Of a stretch of DNA of 248,000 nucleotides, positions 22,542-34,596 are shown piece after piece. Positions within the stretch are counted from its first letter, which is position 1, and each line of letters opens with the position of its first letter. The notes beneath the pieces were generated by a model. The model searched no databases. It worked only from the letters and a program-made list of their open reading frames with translations, and was not told the origin of the DNA. Source of the DNA: Andalucia godoyi And28 (taxonomy: Eukaryota; Protista; Jakobida); the NCBI GenBank assembly GCA_009859145.1, contig VRVR01000021.1, positions 20,001-268,000 of the forward strand, written 5' to 3'. Position numbers and translations under genes: made by a program.

Positions 22542-23737
22542 ACTAGTGTTTCTTGCTCTATCGACACCGTATCAGCGTCGTTCCGATTCCTCAGCGCTTC
22601 ATTCCTTCATAGTACGTGACCTCGTTCCGTAAATCTGCAAGCCGCAAGCCACACAGCGAGCCCCTCAGTACCGCAGAGTACTGTAGTAGAACGAGCGACG
22701 GCTGCCCCCCTGCTGCTGTCTCACGTGAGCCTTGGAACGCGAGCAAGACGGGCGAAGCATGCCTGCTGTAAAAAACAAAACCCGATCTGTCTAGGATGTG
22801 TGCTTGTGTGTGTCCAAAGCGGGTCAGGCGACGCCACAAAGAACAGAGTGTTTGCGTTTTTTCGAGTTCTTGGGAATTGGTGTACTACCACGTCGCCCAG
22901 AAATTAAATTAAAATAATAGTTAATAAATAAATAAAGGGACGTGCGGGTGTGGGATACATGCAAGCAAGCAATTCATTTTCTTTTTCCGTATATTTTTTC
23001 TCTTGTGGTTTTTTGGGTTTTTGGTTTTTGGGTGGTTTGGTCTCAAAGAATTTAAAAAAGTAGTGTGTGGCTGCATCAGAAAGACTAATCAATTCTGTCC
23101 TCATGTGTTTTCAGACTAACAGGAAATCTTGTACATCATGTGCAACAAGAAATGAAAAAAGGAATGGAATAAGGAACGGAGTCGCGCGAAAAAGACAAAA
23201 CATCTGAATGCTCGAGAAAATAGGGCTAAGCTGCAGCGTCTAACGTGCAATCTCGTTGTCAGGAAACGTTTTACAACAGCTGCACAGATTATTCCAAAAG
23301 AGAAAGTCGTCGCTGACGGGTGCGGAATACTCTTCGGGAAAAGGCGAATACGCTGCTTCGAAACAACTCTGCTTTAGGTGCCTATCAAACGTTGGAGTCC
23401 TCAATGACGTCTTAACATACATCATCCAGAACACGCGTGGGTGGCTTGCTCGTAGTTGATCCGCCGCTTGCCAGTCAAATCCATCCCCCCGACGTCTGCG
23501 AATTTCGGAAATAGATTGTGAACAATGCGTCATATGCAAAATAATAAGCATGGGTGATATTTGCAACCAAATTTTTTTTTTAAAATTGAAGGGGGGAAAC
23601 GACGTCTGAAATACAACCAATAAAAATCATTTTTCCATTCTGCAAGCATTGATGAACTGCTGTCCGAGAGCTCGTGAGGGCAGGAATCCCCGTCGCCGCA
23701 GATACGATTTCTGCAGGGATTATTTATTTATTTTATT

Positions 23738-25129
23738 ATGTTTATTTTGTTTTTTATAGAGACGTTGAAAGTGAGGTGCGGACCGAGACGGGATATGAAG
23801 AAGGATTCTTCGTTGGTATTCCCAAGTGAATGGTTAAGGGTTGTCGAGGAATCCGGTCGAGGACGATACCTTGTTGCACAGCAGTTCGTTCCAGAAGGGA
23901 CGGTAGTTTGGAGCGAGAAGGCATTTGCATGCGGAATCGATACTGATTTCTTGCGTTACGGGTGTTCGTACTGCCACTCCATGTTTGATCCGCTTGGGTT
24001 TTTGGAAACTGCAGCAACCCGCACGATGGCATCTGACGAAGAGTCTGCGTATCTGGAGCACTCTGGATTGATCTACTGTGCATCTCAGCCGCAGAGCCAT
24101 GCAGAGGAATCCATGCATTGTGTGGAGGCCGCTTCAAAAGAGACAGGTCGCGTCAATTGCACAGAGTGTCGCAGATCGTACTGCGACACGGAATGCTTCC
24201 GAAATGGTCACGCCGACCGGGAGTGCTTGCTGCTCAGCTCGTGGTACGAAGATCCTGTTACGCCGCTTATTCACAAGGACCACCAGACAGTCGCGAGACT
24301 CGTGTTGAATGGAATTGCGATGGGAAATGTATCGAAGCTTTTGTTTCTGGTTTCGAACGAAGAAGCGTTCAGTTCGGAAATGAGAATTGCGTATTCCGCA
24401 GTCGCGCAGTCCGTGATGAGGGCGGTCAAGGCGTGTGAAATGGCCCATGGAGCATTGGATGTCGACGAAAACGAGGTCTACCAAATGTGTTGTCACCAGC
24501 ATTGCAATGTTTTTGGTGCTTGGGTCAACTTCAAAGTGTCGGTGGCCACAAATGCGCTGTTCTGGTCTTCACTGTTCAATCACTCGTGTTTCCCGAATGT
24601 CGTCAAGGAAGATGCTTGGGGAGGGCTTATTCGGTTCCACGCAGTCCGGGACATCAACGCTGGCGACGCAGTCTGTATTTCGTATGTCAGTGTGTGCGAT
24701 CTGCAAAGCGTGCGGCAATCGGAGCTGTACCGCCACTATTTTTTCCACTGCGACTGCATTCGATGCCGAACATTGGACGAGAACGAGGATCACGAGGGAC
24801 TGGAGCAGCAAAAGGAAGCCAACCACTGGGTACGAATGCACAGCTGTTCTTGCGGAGGCACCTATGTCCCATATGCAAACAGGCCGCTTTCACAAGTCCC
24901 GCGCATGCACCCGGCGTTCCGCAAACTCGCGGCGGCAGATGCTCAGCACCCGGCGCATCCAGAGGAATCCTGTCCCAATGTACACCAAGTCGTCGAAGGT
25001 AAAGACGGCGTTGTTCGAGTCACGAAAGAGAAGCTCGTCTCTGGCTACATTTGCCACTATTGCTACTCGACTACCACCGTGCTTGCCGGCGAAAGACTTT
25101 GCGTCGCATCGAAGCCCAAATCCCGGTAA
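23738..25129 (+). CDS. SMYD-type SET/MYND methyltransferase
   Basis: GRGRYLVA, Cys-rich MYND-like insert, SLFNHSCFPN, ISYV, YFFHCDCIRC. Confidence 0.85.
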   Translation: MFILFFIETLKVRCGPRRDMKKDSSLVFPSEWLRVVEESGRGRYLVAQQFVPEGTVVWSEKAFACGIDTDFLRYGCSYCHSMFDPLGFLETAATRTMASDEESAYLEHSGLIYCASQPQSHAEESMHCVEAASKETGRVNCTECRRSYCDTECFRNGHADRECLLLSSWYEDPVTPLIHKDHQTVARLVLNGIAMGNVSKLLFLVSNEEAFSSEMRIAYSAVAQSVMRAVKACEMAHGALDVDENEVYQMCCHQHCNVFGAWVNFKVSVATNALFWSSLFNHSCFPNVVKEDAWGGLIRFHAVRDINAGDAVCISYVSVCDLQSVRQSELYRHYFFHCDCIRCRTLDENEDHEGLEQQKEANHWVRMHSCSCGGTYVPYANRPLSQVPRMHPAFRKLAAADAQHPAHPEESCPNVHQVVEGKDGVVRVTKEKLVSGYICHYCYSTTTVLAGERLCVASKPKSR

Positions 25130-25376
25130 TACCCTCCAACCCAAACCTCTCCAAATATTTGGTTCGCATGCTGCGCCTCAGACAATTTGTTATTGTTTTT
25201 TGGCGTAGAGGGACTTTTTACAATCAGCATCAGTGCCCATCATCGACTACAAGGAAATCGGTTGTCAGCACTCGACAGCGTCTCATTGGGCCTCGACCTG
25301 CACACCCTCAGCCATGCTATCCGATGGCATTCACAGCCATCCACCAGTCGTTTTAGGTTGGAGGGTTTTATAGTAC
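25124..25376 (-). mobile_element. MITE-like element family B copy 2 (overlaps SMYD stop codon)
   Basis: Subterminal inverted repeat ACCCTCCAACC/GGTTGGAGGGT; right end GGAGGGT-ATTA-CCG. Confidence 0.7.
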
Positions 25377-25551
25377 AACGTCTCTACATCGCTGGCGGCT
25401 GTACCTGCCGCCAAACTGCTCCTCCTGCATCGGGAGAAATACTTTTGTTATAATGTCCGACGATGGACGAATCGTTGTTTTGAAAGAAAAGACGCTCCTG
25501 TTTTTTCTTTGTGTCGATCACCGATTCTTTAATAAACGTCGCATTTATAGC

Positions 25552-27025
25552 ATGTTTCGTGCTGGGCTTTCGCGGGTCGTTGCTGCTGCTGCTGCTGCTT
25601 CTCCGCAGCTAAGGATTTTTCGGTCGACTGTGCATGACCCATGGTTCAATCTCGCGACCGAAGAATGGATATTTAACCACTTGGAACCGAGTTCGCACAC
25701 TTTGTTCTTGTGGAGAAACGACAAGACAGTTTGTATTTTGTTTTGTTTTTTATAGTTCCTCTCTATGGCTGTTCGCTGTTTCGGAGTCCATTTTTTTTCT
25801 CATGAATGTTAATACGATTTGTGTTTTGTGCTTTGTGTTTTGTTTTTGGCGACGTATTTTTGTTCCCTTTCTTTTTTTGCTGCACCGAGTAGGTTGTGAT
25901 TGGGCGAAACCAGAATCCGTGGAAGGAGTGTCATTTGCAAAAGATGGAAGATGACCGTGTGCTGCTCGCGCGTCGCAAGTCTGGAGGAGGCGCTGTGTTT
26001 CAAGACCTGTATGACTTTCGGAAATTGTAATTGTGTTGGTTCGAATTGTGAGTGCAGCAAGTAGAGATGCTAACATTCGGGAAAATTTCTTGATTTTACG
26101 TCTGCTCGTTAGAGGAAACACGTGTTTCACGTTCATGTCGCCGATGGAGTCATATTCAAAGGACAACAATGGCAGAATCTTGATCGAGTCTTTGAAAGCG
26201 TTTGGGATTTCTGCCGAGGCCTCCGGGCGAAATGATCTCGTCATATCGGACACGAAGCGCAAGTTTTCAGGGTCTGCATTCAAGATCACTCGTGACCGAG
26301 CATTTCACCACGGAACGCTGCTTATCAACGTCGACATGACCGGAATGGGTAAGTATTTGAACCCGAGTAAAGCAAAGCTGCTATCCAAGGGTGTGACGTC
26401 AGTTCAGGCTCGCGTTGTGAATCTGACAGAGTTGAATCCTGCCATTTCGCACGAAGGACTGTGTTCACGCATTGAAGGTGAGTTTTGCAGGTTCTACGGT
26501 GTGGACACCAAACTCGTTGCGCGGGAAGATCTTCAGTACGAAACATTGTCGCAGATCGAAGAACTGAAGAGTTGCTACGAGTCAATGAAGGACTGGAACT
26601 GGAGGTTCGGGCAAACCCCAGACTTCACACACCATATGGAAAATAGGTTCAACTGGGCAACCATGGACGTGCAGATCGATTCTGAAAACGGCGTGATTTC
26701 GAAGATTGCTGTGTACTCGGATTCCTTGTTTCCTCTGCTTGTGGATCTACTCCGCGAGAACCTCAGGAATGCGCGGTATGATCACCACGGGATGCGTGAT
26801 GCTTTCAACAAAATTCGAGCGCAGCTACATGCACTTTCTGTTCCCGTTGAAGAGCGCACGGTGGATCTCCCAGTCCAACACATCTCGGAGGAGACCACAA
26901 AAGATCCTCGCGTCTTGTTTTCGCGGACTGTGTTGGAGGAAACGTCCATGATCTCCGCAATTGACCGTGATGGCATGCTTTCCCAGCTGGACGAGTTTGA
27001 AAACTGGTTCATTGCATCCATGTAA
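25552..27025 (+). CDS. lplA: Lipoate-protein ligase A, two introns
   Basis: [17 protein letters not shown]|[23 protein letters not shown]|[15 protein letters not shown]; second intron has a TGCTAAC branch point. Confidence 0.92.
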
Positions 27026-27226
27026 TAATGCTACAAGGAAGAGTCGTATTCTGGGACACCTTTTTCTTACACACACACACACACACACAAAGAAATACAA
27101 ACTGTGACTATTACTGCAGCGGGGTGCTGCTATTGTAGACAACTAAAAGGAACGATCGAACGGGTGGGTTGGTCACAGTAGCGACCGCTGCTGTTGCGAT
27201 TGTTGCTGATTTTCGGAAAGTAACAC

Positions 27227-28396
27227 TCACGCAACACCGTACAAAAACAAGAGAGGAACATAAAATCTCTGTGACCAGTATACCTCTGAGTGCTGAGCAC
27301 CATCCGCTACGTAGTGCATGGCGGTCACATTGGCTCTCCAGCCTGTCTGAATCAAGTCCTGAAACACGCTCTCCGTCTGCACAACATCATCGTTATCGGG
27401 TCCAGCGTTCCCGGAATCAACGTAGACGACCGAGCCTGCCGAAAGTGCGTCTTTCCCATACATTGGCAGGATGGTGTTCCTGAAATCTTCAGAATTCCAC
27501 CAGAAGGAGGAAGACATGCAACCGGCAAATGGAAACACATGCGGCCGAGTCATCGCTGCGTAGCAAGAGACCAGACCGCCAAGGGAGCTTCCCAGAATGC
27601 CCATGCTGCCCGCCAGTCTCGAGAATCTCGGGTACCGCTCGAACGCAGCAGGAACCACAGTCTGCACGATAAAGTCCAGATAAGAGTCGGCCTTCCCACC
27701 CTGCCCGACGGTTGGATCCACCGAGTACGTGAGTTCATCGATGCGGTCCGCAGTGTTGTCCACAGCAACCACCATGATTTCATGCATCTTCTCCCCCATA
27801 ATCAAGCCATCCAGTGTTTCTTGTGCATGCCACGAGTTCCCCATGAACGCCGTGCTCGCATTAAACACGTTCTGCCCATCGTGCATGATGAGCAAAGGGA
27901 AGTCCGTTCTGTATGGATTCTCGACGAACGATGGCGGCAAATAGACGACGAGGTCTCTCGAGTTGTTCAGCTGTTCCGAGAACACATCCCTGACATAAAC
28001 GTACGATCCACGAGAACTGTAAAAGAACGGGTACACTCTGCACAGCGAACTCGTCGCCAACGGGTCTGACCGGACCGGAAAGCAATACGAGTTCGGACCC
28101 AGCTGCCAATCGGAGTCTCCCACGAGAACTTTGAGCGCAAGTCCCGTGTCACACGCTGCACGAAGCACAGTGCTCCACAAGTCGTTGTTGGACGACGATC
28201 GGGACAGCAGCATTCCGCTCTTCCAATTCAGCCCGTTCCCAGAACCGCGGAGATATAGCAATGCCGAGTCGTGCAGCAACGAGTGATCGTACCACACTTC
28301 AACAGTACATGACGCCGCCGCCGACGACGATGGCCGGAGGAAAAGTCCAAGAACCACCAGAAGGATCGCATGCGCATACTGTCGTCCGCCCATCAT
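27227..28396 (-). CDS. Secreted alpha/beta-hydrolase esterase (IroE/Fes-like) with N-terminal beta module
   Basis: LLIMHDGQNVF, GILGSSLGGL, SSSFWWN, YVDSG, AQHSEVYW. Confidence 0.8.
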   Translation of the reverse strand: MMGGRQYAHAILLVVLGLFLRPSSSAAASCTVEVWYDHSLLHDSALLYLRGSGNGLNWKSGMLLSRSSSNNDLWSTVLRAACDTGLALKVLVGDSDWQLGPNSYCFPVRSDPLATSSLCRVYPFFYSSRGSYVYVRDVFSEQLNNSRDLVVYLPPSFVENPYRTDFPLLIMHDGQNVFNASTAFMGNSWHAQETLDGLIMGEKMHEIMVVAVDNTADRIDELTYSVDPTVGQGGKADSYLDFIVQTVVPAAFERYPRFSRLAGSMGILGSSLGGLVSCYAAMTRPHVFPFAGCMSSSFWWNSEDFRNTILPMYGKDALSAGSVVYVDSGNAGPDNDDVVQTESVFQDLIQTGWRANVTAMHYVADGAQHSEVYWSQRFYVPLLFLYGVA

Positions 28397-28642
28397 CCTC
28401 TTGTTTTTTTTTTTCTTTTTTTCTTTTTCCTGCGTCTCCCAGTGCCGCTGCCAAGAACTGCCCCGCAGCGGATGTATCCTGTTCTGCAAACGTTTGCAGC
28501 CCTTGCACAGGACCTTCCGGAAAAAGGGAAGCCAGGAAAACCACTGTAGTCCAGAGGGAATCGACACATGTCAACTCGTACCTCTTGAGGTTGAAAACTC
28601 CGGAAGAGCTGACGCAAGCGTCGACTGTCGAGCACTGACATA

Positions 28643-29128
28643 TTGGAGTGGTTGGACACGGGGCGATGGGAAGTCGGTGGAGAGAAGGAAATGGCGGAGA
28701 GGAGCGTTCGAGTGTTTGATATCTGTGGGTACTTTACGGGCCGTTACGAGGGTCATGGAATCGAACTTGTGCATGTGCACGAAGACGGGGAAAAGTACAT
28801 TGGCACAAAAGTGATTGGCGATCTCAACGTTCCGTCGGGATGCGTGTCCTTTGAAGTTCCCTACAGGCTAGTCATCACCGACCCGTCGCCCATGGCAGAA
28901 GCAGCGGGGCTTGCAGCGCATGGATTTCCGGGCGTTGCGATTGCGCTGAGTGATGGACACGGTTACATTGCAGAGCGGTTTCATCGCAACCCCGCCCGAA
29001 TTCCAGGTTCGATTGTCGTGCATTCGTCGAATTCGTTTACGTTTACATGGTCTGCGCTTGGATCCATTTTCTTTTCCCGAGTTCAAGACTATCCGCTCCA
29101 GCCGGTATCCACCGCACACTGCTCTTAG
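28643..29128 (+). CDS. DUF3506/cyclin-D1-binding-like domain protein
   Basis: GRYEGHGIELVHV..GTKVIGDLNVPSGCVSF..GHGYIA. Confidence 0.55.
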   Translation: MEWLDTGRWEVGGEKEMAERSVRVFDICGYFTGRYEGHGIELVHVHEDGEKYIGTKVIGDLNVPSGCVSFEVPYRLVITDPSPMAEAAGLAAHGFPGVAIALSDGHGYIAERFHRNPARIPGSIVVHSSNSFTFTWSALGSIFFSRVQDYPLQPVSTAHCS

Positions 29129-29246
29129 GGGTAATTTTTCGTTCGTCTTTTAACTGCTGCTCTCAACACACACATACACACACATACACACACGTGCAGA
29201 AGGACGCACAAGATCCAAATGCAGAAGACGGATGTCGGACCCGCGG

Positions 29247-30239
29247 TTACTCGCCAAGAGCCTGTTTCCGCTCTTCGATGAGCTCGGCCTGTGTCTTGTT
29301 CAGCATGTCTCTGGAGAATTGGTCAATGTCGAGACCCGGGACGATTCTCCATTCGCCGTTTGCACACTGCACCGGGAACGAGAAGATGAGGCCCTTTTCA
29401 ACGCCATACTCTCCCTTTGAGACAACAGCCATGGACACATACTCGCCCTCCTTTGTGCCGAGGACCCAGTCGTGCATGTGGTCGGCGATGGCATGAGCAG
29501 CCGACGCAGCAGACGACAGCTGTCGAGCCTTGATAACTGCGGCTCCGCGCTGCTGAACACACTTGATAAAATCAGAGTGCAACCAGGTCTGGTCGGTCTC
29601 TCCATTCAGAACGGTGTTCACGGAGCCTCGTCCTGCAATCTCGCCGTGCGAAACATCTGGATACTGAGTCGAGGAATGGTTGCCCCAGATGACAACGTTC
29701 TTCACATCCCCCGGGTTCGCCTTTGCGCGGATGGCAATCTGTCCCTTGGCGCGGTTATGGTCAAGGCGAGTCAGCGCAGTCACGTTTTCCGCAGGAATGT
29801 CCTTTGCATATCGTGACAAGATGAGCGCATTGGTGTTGGCCGGGTTTCCGACCACGACAATCTTTGCAGTCTTCTTTGCAACCTTGTTGAGGATCTCGCC
29901 TTGTGCTTTGAAGATGCCGCAGTTTTTCTCCAGAAGATCCTTGCGCTCCATTCCGTCCTTGCGCGGGAATGCACCGAGGAACAGACCGTAGTCGATATCC
30001 TTGAATGCCACCTCTGGGTTGTCCGTCGCGACGACTCCCGCAACAAGCGGATACGCGCAGTCTTCAATCTCCATCACCACTCCAGAAAGCACAGTCATCG
30101 CCGGCGCAATGTCTAGCAAGTGCAGAATCACCGGCTGCGAAGGCCCAAACACTCGACCCGAGCACACAAGCGGGATCAGCGAGTATGCAATTTGGCCAGC
30201 CGCACCAGTAATCACAATGCGCACAGGGGAGCTCGACAT
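29247..30239 (-). CDS. MDH1: Cytosolic malate dehydrogenase
   Basis: ITGAAGQIAYSL, PRKDGMERKDLL, VVGNPANTN, IWGNHSSTQYPD. Confidence 0.97.
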   Translation of the reverse strand: MSSSPVRIVITGAAGQIAYSLIPLVCSGRVFGPSQPVILHLLDIAPAMTVLSGVVMEIEDCAYPLVAGVVATDNPEVAFKDIDYGLFLGAFPRKDGMERKDLLEKNCGIFKAQGEILNKVAKKTAKIVVVGNPANTNALILSRYAKDIPAENVTALTRLDHNRAKGQIAIRAKANPGDVKNVVIWGNHSSTQYPDVSHGEIAGRGSVNTVLNGETDQTWLHSDFIKCVQQRGAAVIKARQLSSAASAAHAIADHMHDWVLGTKEGEYVSMAVVSKGEYGVEKGLIFSFPVQCANGEWRIVPGLDIDQFSRDMLNKTQAELIEERKQALGE

Positions 30240-31056
30240 GTTTTCAGAAACCGAAAGCGCAGAATGGTTGGATTTCTAAAATCAACAATAAAATTTAAAA
30301 AAACAAACGAACGAAACAAAACAATTAAAAAATTAATTAAAAAAATTGATATTCAAAGAAAACGTCAGAACACAGAAAAGAAGTCGAAAAGGTTCAAGTA
30401 AAGAGTATATATATAATTGGGGGAAAGGAAAGCACGCTGCTGGGCCGATGGAAAAACAGTCGCCAGTTGACTGACATGACAGCTGACATTGGAGGAGGGG
30501 GCCGTGCAGTTCTGTGCCAGCTGTACTGAAAACCGGACAAACACAAAAACACTAAGAGATGCATACGGAAGAGGAAGATGAGGGATTGAGATGCGATGCA
30601 ATGATGCGAAGACGGTGCGTTTGCGCAAAGGACATTGATACAAATGACAAAAAAAAAAGAAAAAATTAAATTTAAAAAAATTAAAACAGATAATCAATGT
30701 ACACCTCCAACAAAACGAAGCAGGAAACAAAAATGAAACGCTGAAATGATGAAGAAGGGAAAAAGGGAAAAGGGGGAAAAGGAAAACATATGAAAAGGCT
30801 GGAGAAGAGAAAATATCACAAAAAAGGAAAAAGTGGATCCATGAAGCGCCTGCAGGGGTTGATGCTTTGTCCTCGATGTAGATAAATTCCCCGACAGCCA
30901 GCCCCGACAGACAACGATGGGACATTGGGAAGTGGGAAACGATTCAGGACAGTCTGGTGCGAGAATATTGGGTGGTCAGCGGGACTTGGCCGAGGGTTTT
31001 TTTTCTTTTCTTTTTTTTTTTTTTTTGATTTTGGGTTGTGAAGAGGGCGGGGGAGG

Positions 31057-32013
31057 ATGATGCGAGTATCAACGAGCTGGCTGTCCTCTGTGATCCTGTC
31101 CAAGTCGGCGGGTGGTGGTGTTGTTCGTGTGATTGATGCATCGTGGCACATGCCTTCTGCGAACCGGAATGCACGCACCGAGTATTTTGCAAAACACATT
31201 CCTTTTGCTTCGTTTGTGGACATTGACCACGTGTCAGATACATCGTCGTCGTATCCACACATGATGCCCACTGCCGCGCACTTTGCAGAGTGCATGTCTG
31301 CGCTCCGCATCCGGGATTCGGACACGATTGTCGTGTATGACTCTGTGGGCATCTTCTCTGCACCTCGGCTCTACTGGATGTTTCGGGCATTCCAGCACAA
31401 GGGAGACGTCTCGATCTTGGATGGAGGGCTGCCAAAATGGGTCCGCGACGGATACGGCGTCGAGTCGTCTGCGATCCGCGAAACCGCTCCTATGGGTGTT
31501 GTGTGCCATAGTGCGTATGATGCTGCTTCGTCGGCTACGTACTCGTATCCCGTGCCAAAGCTGAACACCGGGCTGATTAAGACGCTCGGGCAGATGCAGT
31601 CTCTGAGTTTGCAACTTTGTGGAAATGAAAGTGGAGTGTCGGCTGCGGAGAACGTAGTCGTTTTGGACGCAAGATCGGCAGATCGGTTCTATGGCAGACA
31701 GCCAGAACCGCGACCAGGTCTTCCTGCGGGACACATGCCTGGCGCAAAGAACGTGCCATTCGGTTCCGTGTTGACAACAACTGGAGAGTTCAAGAGCCCC
31801 GATGAGCTCAAGACGGTGTTTGCTGCTCGTGGAGTGCGCCTTGAGGATCCGGAGCAGCACGTGGTGCTATCGTGCGGGTCGGGGGTGACTGCATGCGTCC
31901 TGTTCAGTGCACTGGAGATTGCTGGGGTTGACCGTGCGAGAATGGCTGTGTATGACGGTTCGTACTCGGAATGGGCTGCGCAAAAGGACGCCCCGATCTC
32001 CACAGCAGACTAG
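31057..32013 (+). CDS. MPST: 3-mercaptopyruvate/thiosulfate sulfurtransferase (tandem rhodanese)
   Basis: DASWHMP, PHMMP, LDGGLPKW, GHMPGA, SCGSGVTAC, YDGSYSEW. Confidence 0.92.
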   Translation: MMRVSTSWLSSVILSKSAGGGVVRVIDASWHMPSANRNARTEYFAKHIPFASFVDIDHVSDTSSSYPHMMPTAAHFAECMSALRIRDSDTIVVYDSVGIFSAPRLYWMFRAFQHKGDVSILDGGLPKWVRDGYGVESSAIRETAPMGVVCHSAYDAASSATYSYPVPKLNTGLIKTLGQMQSLSLQLCGNESGVSAAENVVVLDARSADRFYGRQPEPRPGLPAGHMPGAKNVPFGSVLTTTGEFKSPDELKTVFAARGVRLEDPEQHVVLSCGSGVTACVLFSALEIAGVDRARMAVYDGSYSEWAAQKDAPISTAD

Positions 32014-32315
32014 GGAAAACAAAAAATGCTTGTTCCTTCCCTCCGCCTTCAGTTCCCGCAGGCTTGCCAAAAACCATGTCGAAATCAATGGCCAATGACA
32101 TAAATGCCAAACAAAATAAGGATGGTTATCATTTAATGTTTTTATATGTGTTTTCTGTTGTTGTTATTGTTTTGTTGTTGTTTTTTAACAGTAAAAAATG
32201 CTAAAATAAAGAAGAGAGAGCGTGTGTCTTACGGAACTCTGCATATTCATCATGCTGTTTGGAGAAACCCATTCTCGTATTCAGGAATTCACGATCGGGT
32301 TGGGAACCAGCAAGA

Positions 32316-34553
32316 TCAGACGGGGGCCGGCTCCCTGCGGCGGGCGATGAAATCCAGTTCCACATCTTCATCGTCCGTCGCAACATGCACGATGCCGGAT
32401 CCGGTTGGAAGAGGCCCGGAGGACGATAGGCGCGCGCCGTGCGTGCGGTGCTGGACAGCCGGCTTCCCATACTGAGTACGATGATCATCGGCAAACAGCG
32501 GGTCATACGCGTCGTCAGTCGACAGCGCTCCCCAGCCAATTACCTTCGAGATGGAAGATTCCGCCGACGTAACTGACACCGAGTCCAGACGAGATGCAGC
32601 GGCTGCTCGAACGGCAGCTGACTTGGGACGATATGAGGAAACTGGGCGGCGTTTTGACGAATTGGGTTTCAGCGTCGTCGTGTCTGCGGACGAAGCAGTC
32701 ATTGAGATTGTCGAAACCACCGGAGACGCAGCCTTCGGAGTCCCGCGCGAGGCTGCCCCGGGGGGAACGGCTGCGACGAACTGGGGCGTTTGAGACGACT
32801 GCTGCGGTATGAGCGCCAGCGAGGAATCTGGCAACCGAGACGCCACTGCCGAATGAGGCCGCAGAGCGATCGGCTGGTTCTGGGCGTCCAGTGAAATGGT
32901 CCTGGCGGTGGATCGGGCATTCGACTTCACAGCATGGAGAATAGCAGACGGGCTTGCTGCATGGAACTTCGTAGTGATAGGCGAGTTGCCGGTGACCAAG
33001 ACTTCTTTTCGCACGATTTGCACAGACGGATTCATGGGTTTGCGATGTGACGCAGGCGGGCTGGACGCTCGACCAGCTGACACCAATGAATCAGCTCCGA
33101 AGCCTGATAGTGCATTCTCTGACGCCGACGACTCCGGTCGTTGGACGATTTGAGGCTTGTCAACGGGAACCAGATGCAAGACATCCCGGGGTGGAGAACT
33201 CGTCCGGTGCTCAGCCGATGCAAACTGTGCAATTCGACGAGGCGACGCGAACCGAACGTTTGGGGCCAGAATGGGATTGTTCTTTGAAACAGAGAACGCT
33301 CCCATGAGCACAAGATTCGACGATGTCTGTCGCGTTGCATGGCCGACGGTCTTGTTTCGCAATGTTTCTGGGATGCAAATATCAGATTCCGTATATCTGC
33401 GTCCAGAAGCCCGCGAGTCCTCTGCGTTGCTACGAAAAGTATCCGCACATTCCGAGCCCAAAACATCATCTCCGTCGCCTCGATCCTGATTTGCCCACGG
33501 TGACAGGTCCAGTAATGACACAGAATCTTTCTTCACCAACTTTGGAATCTTCTTTTTCGTCTTCTTCTTTTGCAGCGTCGCTTGTGTTTCGAGACTGTGG
33601 TGTGACGCCGGGCTGGTACTCCCAGAGCCCCGCAGTATTGATGCAGATTTTGATCGTGCAAGCTCCGGAGACACTCGAGAGGGAGATCTGCGCTTCGGAG
33701 AGCGTTCATTTGCAGGAGAAACGCCTTGCAACGACGAAGCATTGGATGCATCATAGTGAGAAGACAAATCGCTGGCAAACGACGGATGGGCAAGGTACGA
33801 CCCTGCAAGCGCAGACACCGGCCGGCTTGTGGCTGCACCAGGATCCTTGCTCTGCAGTCGAGGAACGCTGTCTGCTGCTGCACTCGCCCTTGTTCTTCTT
33901 CCCACCTTTTTTGACGTAAGCTCCCCGTCTTTGAATCGCTCATCTCTTCCATACTTGGCGACCAGGAAGTGTTCTTCATCCGACGATTGCACACCGTCGC
34001 TGTTCTCTGCATCTCGATCTCCCGAACCGGGTTTTTGAAACAGCAGCTTTTCAATTTCGAGCTGAACTCCATGCATCGTCGCAAATCTTTCTTTCGCCGG
34101 CAATGCTTGGAACTGCGGAGAAAACGGATGCACTTCTGTTTTTCCCGCCGCTTGCTCCTGTGCAGGCTTCTTGTTCGTCTGTTCAATATCCAAATCCTGG
34201 AGCGTGAAGGTCAGCGTTTGGGTCTCTCGATCGCGCAGCACTGGGCCTGAGAGAGGCGCAATAGGAGGCCTCTGTGCATGCAGCCGCGACATCGCGACAG
34301 CAGAAGTCCACATCCCCAGCAACGACGAGCCGAATGAAGTTGCATCTGCGTCCGACACAATATCGGAAATGTCGGCCACGCCTTGCAATCTTTGCAGCGA
34401 GTCGCAAAACAGACGAATGCAATACGCAGAGTTGATCGCATTGCGGTTCCGAGTCGGCTGTGTCGGACCCTGATAATCCAGCACCAGAGCCGCAAACGCC
34501 TTTTCCATCGCCTTGCAATACGCATCAATCATTGCCGCAGCACCTGTGATCAC
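32316..34553 (-). CDS. Hypothetical Ser-rich disordered protein
   Basis: 745 aa open frame, no recognised domain. Confidence 0.55.
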   Translation of the reverse strand: MITGAAAMIDAYCKAMEKAFAALVLDYQGPTQPTRNRNAINSAYCIRLFCDSLQRLQGVADISDIVSDADATSFGSSLLGMWTSAVAMSRLHAQRPPIAPLSGPVLRDRETQTLTFTLQDLDIEQTNKKPAQEQAAGKTEVHPFSPQFQALPAKERFATMHGVQLEIEKLLFQKPGSGDRDAENSDGVQSSDEEHFLVAKYGRDERFKDGELTSKKVGRRTRASAAADSVPRLQSKDPGAATSRPVSALAGSYLAHPSFASDLSSHYDASNASSLQGVSPANERSPKRRSPSRVSPELARSKSASILRGSGSTSPASHHSLETQATLQKKKTKKKIPKLVKKDSVSLLDLSPWANQDRGDGDDVLGSECADTFRSNAEDSRASGRRYTESDICIPETLRNKTVGHATRQTSSNLVLMGAFSVSKNNPILAPNVRFASPRRIAQFASAEHRTSSPPRDVLHLVPVDKPQIVQRPESSASENALSGFGADSLVSAGRASSPPASHRKPMNPSVQIVRKEVLVTGNSPITTKFHAASPSAILHAVKSNARSTARTISLDAQNQPIALRPHSAVASRLPDSSLALIPQQSSQTPQFVAAVPPGAASRGTPKAASPVVSTISMTASSADTTTLKPNSSKRRPVSSYRPKSAAVRAAAASRLDSVSVTSAESSISKVIGWGALSTDDAYDPLFADDHRTQYGKPAVQHRTHGARLSSSGPLPTGSGIVHVATDDEDVELDFIARRREPAPV

Positions 34554-34554
34554 C

Positions 34555-34596
<42 letters not shown>

